NCBI GenBank assembly: GCA_046538235.1
Contig: JBKHJG010000001.1
Coordinates: 60,581 to 124,580, forward strand
DNA length: 64,000 nt
Direction: 5' to 3'
Origin: Dehalococcoidia bacterium
GTDB lineage: Bacteria; Chloroflexota; Dehalococcoidia; GIF9; AB-539-J10
The notes beneath the pieces are model-generated. The model ran no database searches. It saw nothing but the letters and a program-made list of their open reading frames with translations, and was not told where the DNA came from. This document shows, piece by piece, positions 19,187-31,568 of the stretch (position 1 is the stretch's first letter; every line of letters starts with the position of its first letter). The translations under genes and the position numbers were made by a program.

Positions 19187-20128
19187 TTGATGACCCTCAT
19201 GACGTCTCTGCCCGTCCACGTACCTGTTCTGGTTGACGAAGTGATGGAGGGGCTCCGGGCTGAGCCAGGAGGGCGCTTCGTTGACTGCACCGTCGGCCCC
19301 GGGGGACACGCGGCGGCCATACTGGAAAGAATCACGCCTTCGGGAAAGCTTCTGGGCATCGATGCTGATCCTGAAGCTATCAGAAGCAGCCAGCACAGGC
19401 TCAGCAATTATGACCCGGCAGTTATTCTGGTCAACGACAGCTTTGCCAACCTTGAGGCCATTTGCGAAAGATACCATTTTCATCCAGTTGATGGTATTCT
19501 TTTCGACCTCGGTGTTTCATCTCTGCAACTGGATACAGCCGAACGAGGCTTCAGTTTCCAACTCGATGCGCCTCTGAACATGAGGTTCGATCCCGGTCAA
19601 GGGCTGACTGCATCAGACATCGTAAACAGCTTCACTGAGCAGGAATTGGCGCGGCTGATACACAATTACGGAGAAGAGCGCCACAGCCGCCGGATCGCGC
19701 GGCAGATCGTACAGAACCGGCCTATCTCTAGCACGGTGGAGCTTGCCCGCCTGATAGAACATGTCTCAGGAGGCAGGCGCTCCAGGATTCACCCTGCCAC
19801 AAGAACCTTCATGGCACTTCGCATCGCGACCAATAATGAACTACAGAATCTGGAGCTGGCTCTCAGACAAACCATCAACCTCCTTCGCCCCGGGGGAAGA
19901 CTGGCAGTTGTCAGCTATCATTCCCTGGAAGATCGCATAGTCAAGCAATTCCTGCGCAACGCAGCCAGCAATTGCCTATGCCCCCCGGGAACAATAATCT
20001 GTCGCTGTGGGCATGTGCCCACCCTCAAACTCATTTCACGGAAGGTCATTAAACCTACCTCGTTGGAGATAGAATCCAACCCACGCAGCCGTAGCGCCAA
20101 ACTAAGGATCGCTGAGCGACTCAACTAG
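19187..20128 (+). CDS. rsmH: 16S rRNA (cytosine1402-N4)-methyltransferase RsmH
   Basis: HVPVL...DCTVGPGGH SAM-binding motif and full-length RsmH similarity. Confidence 0.92.
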   Translation: MMTLMTSLPVHVPVLVDEVMEGLRAEPGGRFVDCTVGPGGHAAAILERITPSGKLLGIDADPEAIRSSQHRLSNYDPAVILVNDSFANLEAICERYHFHPVDGILFDLGVSSLQLDTAERGFSFQLDAPLNMRFDPGQGLTASDIVNSFTEQELARLIHNYGEERHSRRIARQIVQNRPISSTVELARLIEHVSGGRRSRIHPATRTFMALRIATNNELQNLELALRQTINLLRPGGRLAVVSYHSLEDRIVKQFLRNAASNCLCPPGTIICRCGHVPTLKLISRKVIKPTSLEIESNPRSRSAKLRIAERLN

Positions 20129-20152
20129 GCAGTATCTTCAGCAACAAAGGAG

Positions 20153-21376
20153 GTGAAAATGGCGAAAAAGATCATATCAGCTATTGATGTTGGCACGACC
20201 AAAGTAGCCACCATCGTGGCCAATGTCAAAGCCGAAGACGACATCGAGGTTCTAGGAGTGGGAGTCGTTCCGTCTCGCGGCCTGCACAAAGGCATAGTAG
20301 TCAATATGGATGAAGCCAGACAGTCCATTGCCGCGTCGTTGAAAGAAGCTCAAAGAATCAGTGGCATACGTATAGATTCTGCCTATGTTGGGGTTACCGG
20401 CAGGCACATAAGCAGCCTGAACAACCGGGGAGTAGTAGCTATCCCCCGGGACGATCGACTGGTGCGCACCCAGGACCTGAAACGGGTGTTATCTGTGGCT
20501 CGTAGCATAACGGTCTCTGAGGGAAAGAAGGTGTTGCACGCCATTCCGCGCTCCTATGCGCTGGACGGACAGGAGGGAGTGCAGCAGCCAGTGGGCATGC
20601 ATGGCTCGAGGTTAGACGTAGAGACTCATATCGTCACTGCTTCAGTGACCTCGATCCAGAACCTGGCCAAATGCGTTCGCAGCATCGGCGTTGACGTGGA
20701 GGACCTCATCCTGGAGCCCCTGGCCAGCGGAGAAGCAGCGCTAACTCCGGAGGAAAGAGAATCGGGCGTCATCATGGCCGACATCGGAGGGGGCACCACC
20801 GATATAGCGGTATTCAAGAACGGCAGCATTTACCACACGGCCATCCTTCCGGTGGCCGGCTACCAGGTAACGAGCGACATCTCCATAGGCCTGGGACTGC
20901 CTTTCAATATTGCCGAGAAGATGAAGAAGAGGTACGGCAACGTCGAACCGACTGCGGATATGGATCAGACTGCGCAAGTAGGCATCGAGAACGGCCATAG
21001 CGCTTCCTACAAAGACCTCTGCAGCATTATCCGGGCTCGAATGGAGGAACTGCTGCAACTCGTACTACTCGAGATGCCGACCAGCGATTATCACACGCTG
21101 GCGCCCTGTGGCTTGGTGCTTACGGGAGGCACATCCAACCTGGCCGGGCTCGACGACCTAGGACAGTCGATGCTGCACATTCCGGTGCGCAAGGGCCGGC
21201 CCATGAGTAGCGGCCTGTACGGCATCTCAGATATTCTGCACGACCCGTCTTACGCTACCACCCTGGGGCTGATCCTGTGGCAGGTGCGGGGCAAAGAGGG
21301 ATCAACTTTCAAGGAAACGAGAGCTGGCGCATGGCGCAGTCTCATGACACTCATGAGAAGGCTGTTCCGCGCCTGA
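20153..21376 (+). CDS. ftsA: cell division protein FtsA
   Basis: Actin-like ATPase motifs (IDVGTTKV; ADIGGGTTDIAVF). Immediately upstream of ftsZ. Confidence 0.92.
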   Translation: MKMAKKIISAIDVGTTKVATIVANVKAEDDIEVLGVGVVPSRGLHKGIVVNMDEARQSIAASLKEAQRISGIRIDSAYVGVTGRHISSLNNRGVVAIPRDDRLVRTQDLKRVLSVARSITVSEGKKVLHAIPRSYALDGQEGVQQPVGMHGSRLDVETHIVTASVTSIQNLAKCVRSIGVDVEDLILEPLASGEAALTPEERESGVIMADIGGGTTDIAVFKNGSIYHTAILPVAGYQVTSDISIGLGLPFNIAEKMKKRYGNVEPTADMDQTAQVGIENGHSASYKDLCSIIRARMEELLQLVLLEMPTSDYHTLAPCGLVLTGGTSNLAGLDDLGQSMLHIPVRKGRPMSSGLYGISDILHDPSYATTLGLILWQVRGKEGSTFKETRAGAWRSLMTLMRRLFRA

Positions 21377-21395
21377 TTTGTGAAAGGAGGTTAGA

Positions 21396-22526
<1,131 letters not shown>

Positions 22527-22540
22527 ACCTAAACCTCATT

Positions 22541-22576
22541 AGGGTAAAGGGGTAGCGGTAGCTACCCCTTTACCCT
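22541..22576 (+). terminator. 16-bp perfect hairpin (agggtaaaggggtagc-ggta-gctacccctttaccct) 15 nt after the ftsZ stop
   Basis: Perfect inverted repeat with no U-tract. Likely a transcript-end or RNA-stability element for the division operon. Confidence 0.5.
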
Positions 22577-22683
22577 ATGACGCCCCAGCAGCCTTTCGTC
22601 CCATGAGGCTCCTTGCGGGCTCACGTTCGTTAAGTCTTGTTCTTGCCACCCAGGAGTGGGCAGTAATCATCCCCCGGCAAAAC

Positions 22684-22712
22684 TTGCATTCTTCTCTCAA
22701 TTATGGGATAAT
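22684..22712 (+). promoter_or_regulatory. pyr operon promoter TTGCAT-N17-GATAAT
   Basis: Near-consensus hexamers ~120 nt upstream of pyrR. Confidence 0.5.
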
Positions 22713-22733
22713 CTCAGAAGATACCTTTAAATC

Positions 22734-22747
22734 AGTCCCGTGAGGCT
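22734..22747 (+). promoter_or_regulatory. PyrR binding loop (AGUCCCGUGAGGCU) in the pyr leader
   Basis: Matches the PyrR RNA-recognition consensus ARUCCNGNGAGGYU at every position. Confidence 0.6.
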
Positions 22748-22789
22748 GGTAAGGGGCGTTATGCTACAACACAGCGTAATAGGAACACC

Positions 22790-22830
22790 GACTCGAACCT
22801 CTTGCCAGTTTGCAGGCAGGAGGTTTTTTA
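22790..22830 (+). terminator. pyr attenuator: hairpin (cctcttgcc...ggcaggagg) followed by TTTTTT, immediately 5' of the pyrR GTG start and sequestering the RBS
   Basis: Stem plus U-tract between the PyrR box and the start codon, the classic PyrR-dependent attenuation arrangement. Confidence 0.45.
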
Positions 22831-23409
22831 GTGCCTGAAAAGGTTCTCCTCACTCCAAGGGAGATAGAGCGGGCCCTGGCCCGTATTGCTCACGAGATCG
22901 TAGAAAGGAACAAGGGCGCGGAAGGGGTTGTGCTGGTAGGGATGCGAACCCGCGGAGTACCTCTAGCCTGGCGGGTAGCCGGGATAATTGAGAGCTTTGA
23001 AAGAACGCGTGTCCCGGTGGGTACTCTGGATATCGGTCTGTATCGCGATGACATCTCCCCTACGGAGTCAGAACCGGCCAGCCAGAGCTACACTGAGATC
23101 CCCACGGCTATCACCGATAGGCCGGTAGTCCTGGTGGACGATGTTCTCTATACGGGAAGGAGCATCCGGGCTGCTATGGACGCCCTTATGGACCTGGGGC
23201 GTCCCAGCTCTGTTCAGTTGGCTGTACTGATTGATCGCGGTCATCGCGAGTTACCCATCCGCGCCGATTACGTTGGCAAGAATATACCCAGCGCCAAGGG
23301 CGAGCAGATACAGGTCCAGCTGGCGGAGACTGATGGCGTAGACCGGGTGATAATCGCCAGTCCGGCCGGGGGAAACTACGCGCTGGAAACTAAGGAGGGC
23401 GTCTCGTGA
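22831..23409 (+). CDS. pyrR: bifunctional pyrimidine operon regulator / uracil phosphoribosyltransferase PyrR
   Basis: PRTase motif ([20 protein letters not shown]) and typical PyrR N-terminus. GTG start at 22831; the ORF track extends it to 22810. Confidence 0.9.
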   Translation: MPEKVLLTPREIERALARIAHEIVERNKGAEGVVLVGMRTRGVPLAWRVAGIIESFERTRVPVGTLDIGLYRDDISPTESEPASQSYTEIPTAITDRPVVLVDDVLYTGRSIRAAMDALMDLGRPSSVQLAVLIDRGHRELPIRADYVGKNIPSAKGEQIQVQLAETDGVDRVIIASPAGGNYALETKEGVS

Positions 23410-24806
23410 ATCTGGCAAATAGGAATCTGGTTTCAATTGACGATCTATCCAACGGCGAAATCGAAGCGCTCTTTTCCGTGGCAGATGACATGGCAGACTC
23501 TATTTATGAGCAGTCCAGTCTATGCCGGGGCAAGATCATGGCCAGCCTGTTCTTTGAACCCAGTACCAGGACCAGGCTATCCTTCGAAGCTGCGATGCTC
23601 AGGCTTGGGGGCCGCGTCATAAGCGCTGTGGACGTTGGAGCTACTTCTCTAGCCAAGGGCGAAAGCGTTGCCGATATGGCGAAGGTGGTTGGCAGCTATG
23701 CGGATATAATAGTTATCAGGCACCCTTGGGAAGGAGCGGCCAGGGTGGTGGCCGATTATGCCGGCGTCCCCGTGATAAACGCCGGTGACGGTAGCCACGA
23801 GCATCCCACCCAGACCCTATGCGACCTCTACACCATAAAAAAAGAGAGACAGACGGTCAGGGGACTAAAGATCGCGCTGTGGGGGGACTTGAGACACGGG
23901 CGGACAGTACATTCACTGATCTATGCCCTGGCCCGTTTCGGTGCTACCATCCTCTTCTGTCCGGGACCTAGCCTGGAGATGCCGGACCACGTGCTGAGGA
24001 GACTTACTACCGAGTACAAGGGCGAACTCAAGATGTGCCGAGACCTGAGCGAGGAGCTTGCAAAGGGCCCTTTCCCGGTCGATGCCGTATACATAACCCC
24101 CAGCAGTCCACACCAGCTGGCCATGCTGCCCGACATAAGCGTCGGAGTGGAGTTGAAGGCGGGGGTCGACGCACTCTATGTCACACGACTCCAAAAGGAA
24201 AGAGAGGCCACTGCTAGAGATGGACAGGATGGGAAGAAAGGCTACCCGGTGGTGGATAGGAAGCTGCTTAAAGGCAAGGGATTCCAGAAGACACTTGTCA
24301 TGCATCCACTGCCCCGCGTTGACGAACTGGCCTACGACGTGGACGCCGACCCCAGGAGCATGTACTTCAAGCAGGCAGCCTATGGAGTGCCCGTCAGAAT
24401 GGCGCTCATAGCCCTCTTGTCGGGAGGCCGGGAGGTCACAATTCGTGAGGAGAATGGTTGGTCCAACGGCAAGCCCGATTATCCAATCTATGAGCGAGAT
24501 TCAGGGGTCAGATGCCCCAATGCAAACTGCGTTTCAAATCAGGAGACAGAGGTAAGGTACATACGCCCCAAGTTCGAAATAGTAAGTCGCATGCCCTTGA
24601 CGCTGCGGTGCATCTATTGTGAGCATGAGGTCCATCCTCCTTATGTCGCCAGTTCAGAGTGGCACCAGGGGAAGCTGGAGAACAAGAAATACCACAGCGC
24701 CAGTAGCCGGTTTGCCCGCAAGATAAGCCCGGAGAACCTCATCATTTTCGCCTCCGAGGAGGACGCCCGGGCACAGCAGTTCAAGCCCAGCACTTATATC
24801 AGATAG
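23406..24806 (+). CDS. pyrB: aspartate carbamoyltransferase catalytic chain fused to a C-terminal PyrI-type zinc domain
   Basis: ATCase motifs (STRTR; HPTQ; HPLP) within ~330 aa. These are followed, after a linker, by [10 protein letters not shown]...LRCIYCEHE, which matches the zinc domain of the regulatory subunit PyrI, and then a ~60-aa tail. 466 aa total. Confidence 0.85.
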   Translation: MNLANRNLVSIDDLSNGEIEALFSVADDMADSIYEQSSLCRGKIMASLFFEPSTRTRLSFEAAMLRLGGRVISAVDVGATSLAKGESVADMAKVVGSYADIIVIRHPWEGAARVVADYAGVPVINAGDGSHEHPTQTLCDLYTIKKERQTVRGLKIALWGDLRHGRTVHSLIYALARFGATILFCPGPSLEMPDHVLRRLTTEYKGELKMCRDLSEELAKGPFPVDAVYITPSSPHQLAMLPDISVGVELKAGVDALYVTRLQKEREATARDGQDGKKGYPVVDRKLLKGKGFQKTLVMHPLPRVDELAYDVDADPRSMYFKQAAYGVPVRMALIALLSGGREVTIREENGWSNGKPDYPIYERDSGVRCPNANCVSNQETEVRYIRPKFEIVSRMPLTLRCIYCEHEVHPPYVASSEWHQGKLENKKYHSASSRFARKISPENLIIFASEEDARAQQFKPSTYIR

Positions 24807-26173
24807 TGAAGAAGAGGAAGGATATCTTTCTGCTCGTCCACGGCGGCCGCATAATTGATCCCGGCCAGGGCATGGATGAGGCCGGTGACGTGCTCATTGC
24901 CGGGGGCAGGATTGTGCAGGCAGGGGGCAGTATCGTTGCCAGCCAGGCAGAGGAACTCGATGCCAGGGGACTGATTGTCTGCCCCGGCTTTGTAGACCTC
25001 CACTGTCATCTGCGGGAGCCCGGCCTTGAGGATAAGGAGACAGTCTCTACAGGGACGAAAGCGGCCGCCAGAGGCGGATTCACCACGGTCTGCTGCATGG
25101 CAAATACGGATCCCCCGCTGGATACTCCGGAAGCCGTGGCCTGGCTGAAGCAGCAGGCGACCAAAGATGGCCTCATTGGCGTTCTCCCCATAGGCTGCAT
25201 TAGCAGAGGCAGAAGAGGCGTTAACTTGACCAACATGGCTGAGCTGGCGGAAGCGGGGGTGGTCGCTTTCAGCGATGACGGCGACCCCGTAGCAAGCTCG
25301 TACCTGATGCGTCGCGCCATGGAGTGTAGCCGTGACCTGGGCCTGCCGATCATTGACCATTGTGAGGACAAGGCACTAAGCACCGGTGGAATCATGAACG
25401 AAGGGCAACTGTCTGCTGAACTGGGACTGCCTGGTATTCCTGCTGCCGCCGAAGAGGTTATGATAGCCCGCGACCTGATCCTGGCCAAGTTGACCAGTTC
25501 CAGAGTTCACATTGCTCATGTCAGCAGCAAGGGCTCCGTGGAGCTTATTCGCCGTGCCAAAGAAGACGGGATTCCGGTAACCGCCGAGGTCACGCCCCAT
25601 CACCTTACGCTAACCGAGAAGAGGGTCGCTGGAGGGCCACCCAACAGGCCCTTCGATAGCAATGCCAAGGTGAACCCGCCGCTGCGCACCGAAGCAGACG
25701 TCGAGGCCTTAATCAAGGGCCTTAAGGACGGAGTAATCGATGCCATCGCCACCGACCATGCCCCGCATACCGCGGCAGACAAGGACCGTGAGCCGGAGCT
25801 GGCGGCTTCTGGCATCAGCGGCTTTGATACAGCTTTCGGCTGTCTTATGGGCCCGGTGCACCGTGGAGAGATAAGCCTCGCCCAGCTCATCTCTAAGTTG
25901 ACCTGTGAGCCGGCGAGAGTAATCGGTAGGGGCGGTGAACTGGGCACGCTGAAGGTCGGCGCCCCGGCTAATGTCGTGGTGGTTGACCCCGACCGCGAAT
26001 GGACAGTTGATAGCCGCAGTTTCGCCTCCAAAGGCAAGAACACTCCTTACCATGGCTGCCGGTTCAAGGGCAAGGTAATGGCCACAATAGCAAACGGCAG
26101 GCTAGTTCACGTAGACGACTCGCTGTCCTGTTGTCCCGTCTCTCATGACCGTACAGCGCGCGGGCGAGGGTGA
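24806..26173 (+). CDS. pyrC: dihydroorotase
   Basis: Metal-binding HCH motif (VDLHCHLREPG) and amidohydrolase fold. The GTG start overlaps the pyrB stop. Confidence 0.9.
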   Translation: MKKRKDIFLLVHGGRIIDPGQGMDEAGDVLIAGGRIVQAGGSIVASQAEELDARGLIVCPGFVDLHCHLREPGLEDKETVSTGTKAAARGGFTTVCCMANTDPPLDTPEAVAWLKQQATKDGLIGVLPIGCISRGRRGVNLTNMAELAEAGVVAFSDDGDPVASSYLMRRAMECSRDLGLPIIDHCEDKALSTGGIMNEGQLSAELGLPGIPAAAEEVMIARDLILAKLTSSRVHIAHVSSKGSVELIRRAKEDGIPVTAEVTPHHLTLTEKRVAGGPPNRPFDSNAKVNPPLRTEADVEALIKGLKDGVIDAIATDHAPHTAADKDREPELAASGISGFDTAFGCLMGPVHRGEISLAQLISKLTCEPARVIGRGGELGTLKVGAPANVVVVDPDREWTVDSRSFASKGKNTPYHGCRFKGKVMATIANGRLVHVDDSLSCCPVSHDRTARGRG

Positions 26174-26186
26174 TGTAAGGCGCCCT

Positions 26187-27317
26187 ATGGCTAGAAAAGC
26201 GATCTTAGTCCTCGAAGATGGCTCGGTCTACGAAGGGTGGTCCTTCGGTGCCACGACCACCGCCTACGGCGAGGTGGTGTTCGACACTGGCATGACGGGT
26301 TACCAGGAAATGCTCACCGACCCATCCTTCGCCGGCCAGATTCTCGTCCCTACCTATCCGCTAATCGGCAACTACGGCGTCAACGAGTCCGATTCTCAGT
26401 CCGCTCAGATTCAGGTCAAGGCGCTGGCTGTCCGGGAGCATTGCTCCCAGCCCAGCCACATTCAATCCGCTCAGTCGCTACCCGAGTTCCTTTTGGCACA
26501 TGACATCCCTGGCATCAGCGGCATAGATACGCGGGCTGTGGTCCGCCGCTTGAGGTGGGAGGGAGCCATGATGGGACTGGTCACCTCAGAAATGACCGTT
26601 GAGCAGGCATTAGCAGAGGTAAGAACCTTACCTGGATATGATATTACCGATTTGGTTCGTCAGGTGAGCACCGACAAGCCATATGAGTGGCAACTCAGTA
26701 AGGGCGATGGCCAACCAGCGTCATTGCGAGCCCCGATGGAATTGGGACAAAGCAGTCTCAGCATTATAGTCATTGATCTAGGCTTGAAATACGACATGCT
26801 CCGCATCCTGACCCGCCTTGGCTGCCGGGCAGTTGCCGTCCCCTGCACTGCCTCCGCAGAAGAGATCCTGGCGCTGGGTCCCCAGGGCATCATCCTCTCT
26901 CCCGGCCCCGGCAACCCCGACCTCCTTGCTGACATCACCACAACAGTCACCAGGCTCATCGGTAGGAAGCCAGTAATGGGTATCTGCCTCGGACACCAGC
27001 TTATAGGCAAAGCTCTGGGGGCCAGGACCTTCAAGCTCAAGTTTGGGCATCGCGGCGGCAATCACCCGGTGCGTGACCTGGCTACCGGCAGGGTCTACAT
27101 CACATCCCAGAACCACGGTTACGCCATAGACGCCGACACTGTAGGCGGCGGGCTGGAGGTGAGCCACACCAACTTGAACGACGGCACGGTTGAGGGCTTG
27201 CGGCACAGGGACCTGCCTATTCTGGCCATCCAATACCACTGCGAGGCCTCGCCCGGCCCGCTGGATAGTATATATGTATTTGACGCATTCCTGGAGATGG
27301 CGCGAAAGGTGCAGTAA
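26187..27317 (+). CDS. carA: carbamoyl-phosphate synthase small (glutaminase) subunit
   Basis: CarA N-terminal domain plus a class-I glutamine amidotransferase catalytic triad region (GICLGHQL). Start at the internal Met (MARKAILV). Confidence 0.92.
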   Translation: MARKAILVLEDGSVYEGWSFGATTTAYGEVVFDTGMTGYQEMLTDPSFAGQILVPTYPLIGNYGVNESDSQSAQIQVKALAVREHCSQPSHIQSAQSLPEFLLAHDIPGISGIDTRAVVRRLRWEGAMMGLVTSEMTVEQALAEVRTLPGYDITDLVRQVSTDKPYEWQLSKGDGQPASLRAPMELGQSSLSIIVIDLGLKYDMLRILTRLGCRAVAVPCTASAEEILALGPQGIILSPGPGNPDLLADITTTVTRLIGRKPVMGICLGHQLIGKALGARTFKLKFGHRGGNHPVRDLATGRVYITSQNHGYAIDADTVGGGLEVSHTNLNDGTVEGLRHRDLPILAIQYHCEASPGPLDSIYVFDAFLEMARKVQ

Positions 27318-27329
27318 GACGGGCAAGTC

Positions 27330-30300
27330 ATGTCACAAGTCTCCAAGGTCTTAGTCATCGGCTCGGGGCCGATAGTCATCGGACAGGCGGCGGAGTTCGA
27401 CTATTCCGGCACTCAGGCCTGCCGCGCTCTACGTGAGGAGGGCGTGAACACGGTCCTAGTGAACTCCAACCCGGCAACCATCATGACCGACGAGGGCATC
27501 GCCGATATCGTGTATATCGAGCCGCTGACCGTGGAGGTCCTGGCCCGCATAATCGACAGGGAACGGCCCGATGGCCTATTGGCCACCCTAGGGGGACAAA
27601 CAGGGCTTAACCTGGCGGTGGAGCTGGCCGATGGCGGGATGCTCGACACCTACGATGTGCAGTCCCTGGGCACGCCCATAGACACAATCAAGAAGGCTGA
27701 GGAGAGGTCCCTGTTCAAGCAACTCCTTGTTGATATTGGCGAGCCTGTGCCGGCCAGCGCCACCGTGAAATCGGTTGAGGAGGCCGCGAAACTGGCAGAC
27801 TCCATTGGTCTGCCCCTTATTGTCCGTCCGTCTTACACCCTGGGTGGCAGCGGCGGCGGCATCGCCCGCACTGTGAAAGAACTTGAGGAGATTGTGGGCA
27901 GCGGCCTGGAATCCAGCATGACCCGTGAAGTCCTGGTCGAGCAGTGTATTTCAGGGTGGAAAGAGATCGAATACGAAGTCATGCGGGATGGTGCCGACAA
28001 CTGCATCGCCGTCTGCTGTATGGAGAACATCGATCCCATGGGAATACATACCGGGGACAGCATAGTGGTAGCTCCCAGCCAGACGCTCACGGACAGGGAA
28101 TACCAGATGCTCAGGTCGGCCAGCCTGAAGATCATACGAGCACTGAAAATTGAGGGCGGCTGCAACATACAGTTCGCCCTGCCGCCGAGCCCGGTAGTGG
28201 CCGAGCAATGGACCGCCTGCCGAAAGCAGATTTCGGACCGCGCCTATTACGTAATCGAGGTCAACCCGCGCGTCAGCCGCAGTTCGGCCCTGGCCAGCAA
28301 GGCCGCCGGCTATCCCATTGCCCGAGTAGCTGCCAAGATAGCCATAGGCAGGAGGCTTGATGAAATATCGAACAAGGTCACAGGCAGGACGTCGGCATGT
28401 TTCGAACCAGCCCTGGACTACTGCGTAGTCAAAATTCCCAGGTGGCCCTTTGACAAGTTCGCCCTGGGCGACCGAGGAATTGGCAGTCAGATGAAGGCCA
28501 CCGGTGAGGTGATGGCCATCGACAGGTGTTTTGAGGCTGCCCTGCAGAAGGCAGTGCGGTCGCTGGAATCCGGCAAACACACCCTGCTCTGGGAGGATCC
28601 CTGCTGGAGCAAAGGGGAAGGGCTCAGCCTCTACCCCCTCCATCCTAACGACCTAAGGCTATGGGCGATCATGGCCGCGCTGCGGAGGCAGACTACCTGT
28701 GAAGAGCTATCGCGGACCACCGGAATAGACCCCTGGTTCATCCACAAGCTCAAGAACATCGTGGACATGGAGCGGAGGCTGCTTGCCGAATCCCTGGACC
28801 CCGGGCTCCTGCTGGAAGCAAAGAGACTGGGCTTTTCAGATGCGCAGGTGGGCACCCTGGCCGACCGACTGCCCGACCAGATAAGGCAACTCCGTCATGA
28901 GTGGGGCCTTCGGCCGGCGTACAAAATGGTGGATACCTCCGCTTCAGAATATCAGGCCGAGAGCCCCTATTTCTACAGTACCTACGAGAAAGAGAATGAA
29001 GCTGAGCCGTTGAATGATGGCAAAGCTGTGGTCATCGGCAGCGGACCTATACGCATCGGACAGGGAATTGAGTTTGACTATTGCTGCGTCCATGCAGCCT
29101 GGGCCCTCAGGGAGGCAGGTTTGAGAAGCATCCTGGTCAACTCCAATCCCGAGACGGTTTCCACCGACTTCGACACGAGCGACCGTCTCTACTTCGAACC
29201 ACTGGATGAGGAGCACGTCCGGGATATTCTGGAGAATGAGCGCAACGACGGTCCGCCGCCATCCATCGTTCAGTTCGGCGGGCAAACACCGATTAACCTG
29301 GTCGGGCTCTTAGCACGCAACAACCTGCCGATACTTGGCTCAAGTGCTGAGACTACGGATATAGCCGAAGATCGCCGCCGTTTCGAGGATTTCCTGGACA
29401 GATTGGGCATCCCCCAGCCTCCCGGCGCCGGGGTGACTTCGCTGGAGGAGGCGCTGGACATAGCCGGGGTCCTAGGCTTCCCCGTACTGGTGCGCCCCAG
29501 CTATGTACTGGGCGGCAGAGCCATGGAGATTGTACACAACGAAGGCGAGTTAATCCGTTACCTGACGCTGGCTCTGGAGATGGACAAGCAGCATCCTGTG
29601 CTCATTGACAAGTACCTGCAAGGGAAAGAAATCGAGGTCGACGCCATTTGCGACGGAAAAGATGTGCTCATCCCGGGCGTGATGGAACACATTGAACGGG
29701 CCGGTGTCCATAGCGGCGATTCTATAGCCGTGTACCCCGGCGTGGATCTGGCCAGCACTGAAGTAGATACTATAGCAGGTTATGTCACCAGGATCGGACT
29801 GGCACTCCAGGTCAGCGGCCTGCTCAACATACAGATGGTGATCATACGCGAGGATGATAGCTCCTCCGTATATGTGCTGGAGGTGAATCCTCGAGCCAGT
29901 CGGACGGTGCCCTTCATATCTAAGGTGACTGGTATACCCATGATCAAGATTGCCACCAAGGTAATGGCCGGAATCGGCCTGGGCGAACAAGGCTATGCCG
30001 GCGGCCTATGGAGAGGACAACAAAAGGTCGTTGGCGTGAAAGCTCCTGTCTTCTCCATGTCAAAACTGAGCGGTGTGGACGGCTACCTGGGTCCCGAGAT
30101 GAAGTCCACGGGCGAGGTGATGGGCATCGATTATGGCTTCGAGGCGGCTATGATCAAAGCGCTCCTGGCTGCCGGACTGATGCTCCCTCAGGGGGGCAGG
30201 CTGCTGCTCAGTATCGCCGATAGGGACAAACCCGAATCGCTGCCTCTGATAAGGCAATTGCACGCCCTTCACCACGAGCTATATGCCACTGAAGGCACTG

Positions 30301-30635
30301 CAATCATGATTGAGTCTATGGGGCTGCCGGTAAAGATGGTGACCAAGAAGCTGAATGAGGGGCATCCTAATGTCGTTGATGTCATACGAGACCACTCTGT
30401 GAACGGGGTAATCAACACCATCACCGGTGGACGTGTCCAGCTGCAGGACGGGTTCGCTATCAGACGTGCCGCCGTAGAAAGAAGGATACCCTGCTTCACG
30501 TCGCTGGATACCGCGCGCGTAGCAATAGGAGCGCTGGCAAACGGCAGTCGGCTCTTCAACGTCCAACCACTCAGTGATTATTTTAAAGGCAAAGATGCCA
30601 ATGCAAAAGACATGGCTACGGAGCAAAGGCTGTAG
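27330..30635 (+). CDS. carB: carbamoyl-phosphate synthase large subunit
   Basis: 1101 aa with duplicated ATP-grasp halves, an oligomerisation domain and an MGS-like domain. Confidence 0.97.
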   Translation: MSQVSKVLVIGSGPIVIGQAAEFDYSGTQACRALREEGVNTVLVNSNPATIMTDEGIADIVYIEPLTVEVLARIIDRERPDGLLATLGGQTGLNLAVELADGGMLDTYDVQSLGTPIDTIKKAEERSLFKQLLVDIGEPVPASATVKSVEEAAKLADSIGLPLIVRPSYTLGGSGGGIARTVKELEEIVGSGLESSMTREVLVEQCISGWKEIEYEVMRDGADNCIAVCCMENIDPMGIHTGDSIVVAPSQTLTDREYQMLRSASLKIIRALKIEGGCNIQFALPPSPVVAEQWTACRKQISDRAYYVIEVNPRVSRSSALASKAAGYPIARVAAKIAIGRRLDEISNKVTGRTSACFEPALDYCVVKIPRWPFDKFALGDRGIGSQMKATGEVMAIDRCFEAALQKAVRSLESGKHTLLWEDPCWSKGEGLSLYPLHPNDLRLWAIMAALRRQTTCEELSRTTGIDPWFIHKLKNIVDMERRLLAESLDPGLLLEAKRLGFSDAQVGTLADRLPDQIRQLRHEWGLRPAYKMVDTSASEYQAESPYFYSTYEKENEAEPLNDGKAVVIGSGPIRIGQGIEFDYCCVHAAWALREAGLRSILVNSNPETVSTDFDTSDRLYFEPLDEEHVRDILENERNDGPPPSIVQFGGQTPINLVGLLARNNLPILGSSAETTDIAEDRRRFEDFLDRLGIPQPPGAGVTSLEEALDIAGVLGFPVLVRPSYVLGGRAMEIVHNEGELIRYLTLALEMDKQHPVLIDKYLQGKEIEVDAICDGKDVLIPGVMEHIERAGVHSGDSIAVYPGVDLASTEVDTIAGYVTRIGLALQVSGLLNIQMVIIREDDSSSVYVLEVNPRASRTVPFISKVTGIPMIKIATKVMAGIGLGEQGYAGGLWRGQQKVVGVKAPVFSMSKLSGVDGYLGPEMKSTGEVMGIDYGFEAAMIKALLAAGLMLPQGGRLLLSIADRDKPESLPLIRQLHALHHELYATEGTAIMIESMGLPVKMVTKKLNEGHPNVVDVIRDHSVNGVINTITGGRVQLQDGFAIRRAAVERRIPCFTSLDTARVAIGALANGSRLFNVQPLSDYFKGKDANAKDMATEQRL

Positions 30636-30698
30636 ACAGGCACCAAGCGGACTGCGGGTACACCAGGTCTCGACCTGCCAGCCTGACTCTCGATACCT

Positions 30699-31568
30699 GT
30701 GTCCCGGTCCTGTGTAGGTCCTAGTATGGAACAGTCGTTGTGCACCATCACCCGTAATCTGGAGGTCATGCCCGGCACACACATCATGTGGGTTGAAGCA
30801 CCGTACATAGCCTGTTCGGCCCGGCCGGGGCAGTTCATCACAGCACGTTGCGCAGGCTTCACGTTGCGTCGCCCCCTCGGCGTTCACCAGGTTTCACGGC
30901 CGAAGATTGCCCTTCTTTTCAGAATAGCAGGCAAAGGCACCCTCTGGCTATCCCGGCGAGGAGCCGGTGAGGAAATAGATGTTCTTGGCCCTCTGGGCAA
31001 CGGATTCACCATTGCCCCCGCCGATCCGGGCCGCTCCAGACGGTTGCTGCTGGTGGCCGGAGGAATCGGCATTGCCCCGCTCATTTGCCTGATGCAGCAT
31101 GCTTCATCACAGCACGAGATAACGCTGCTTCAGGGGGCGAGCACTGCTGCTCAGCTCTATCCCTGGGCTAACCCGGGCACAGGCCCTTCCCATGCTGCCG
31201 GGAAGCAGACCGGACTTGCCGCTCTGCCGGCAGGAGTTCAACTCATTAGTGTCACAGAGGACGGCAGCTCGGGCCATAGAGGCCTGGTCACTCATATAGT
31301 GCCCGAATTCCTCGACTGGGCTGACCAGGTATTTGCCTGCGGGCCGTTACAGATGTATGAAGCCATGGCAGGGCTGAGCCATCACTGCAGCTCCGCCCAG
31401 CAGGCCAAGCTCAAGGGCTGTCAGGTCTCATTGGAGGTGAGGATGGGGTGCGGTTTCGGAGCCTGCTACGGCTGCACCATAAATACCAGGAAAGGCCTGA
31501 AGACGGTATGTCGTGATGGCCCTATATTTGAGCTGGACGATATCATATGGCAGGAGGTAAGGCTATGA
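30699..31568 (+). CDS. pyrK: dihydroorotate dehydrogenase electron-transfer subunit (FAD/NAD-binding, 2Fe-2S)
   Basis: Ferredoxin-reductase-like fold and a C-terminal cluster motif (CGFGACYGC...C). Confidence 0.8.
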   Translation: MSRSCVGPSMEQSLCTITRNLEVMPGTHIMWVEAPYIACSARPGQFITARCAGFTLRRPLGVHQVSRPKIALLFRIAGKGTLWLSRRGAGEEIDVLGPLGNGFTIAPADPGRSRRLLLVAGGIGIAPLICLMQHASSQHEITLLQGASTAAQLYPWANPGTGPSHAAGKQTGLAALPAGVQLISVTEDGSSGHRGLVTHIVPEFLDWADQVFACGPLQMYEAMAGLSHHCSSAQQAKLKGCQVSLEVRMGCGFGACYGCTINTRKGLKTVCRDGPIFELDDIIWQEVRL

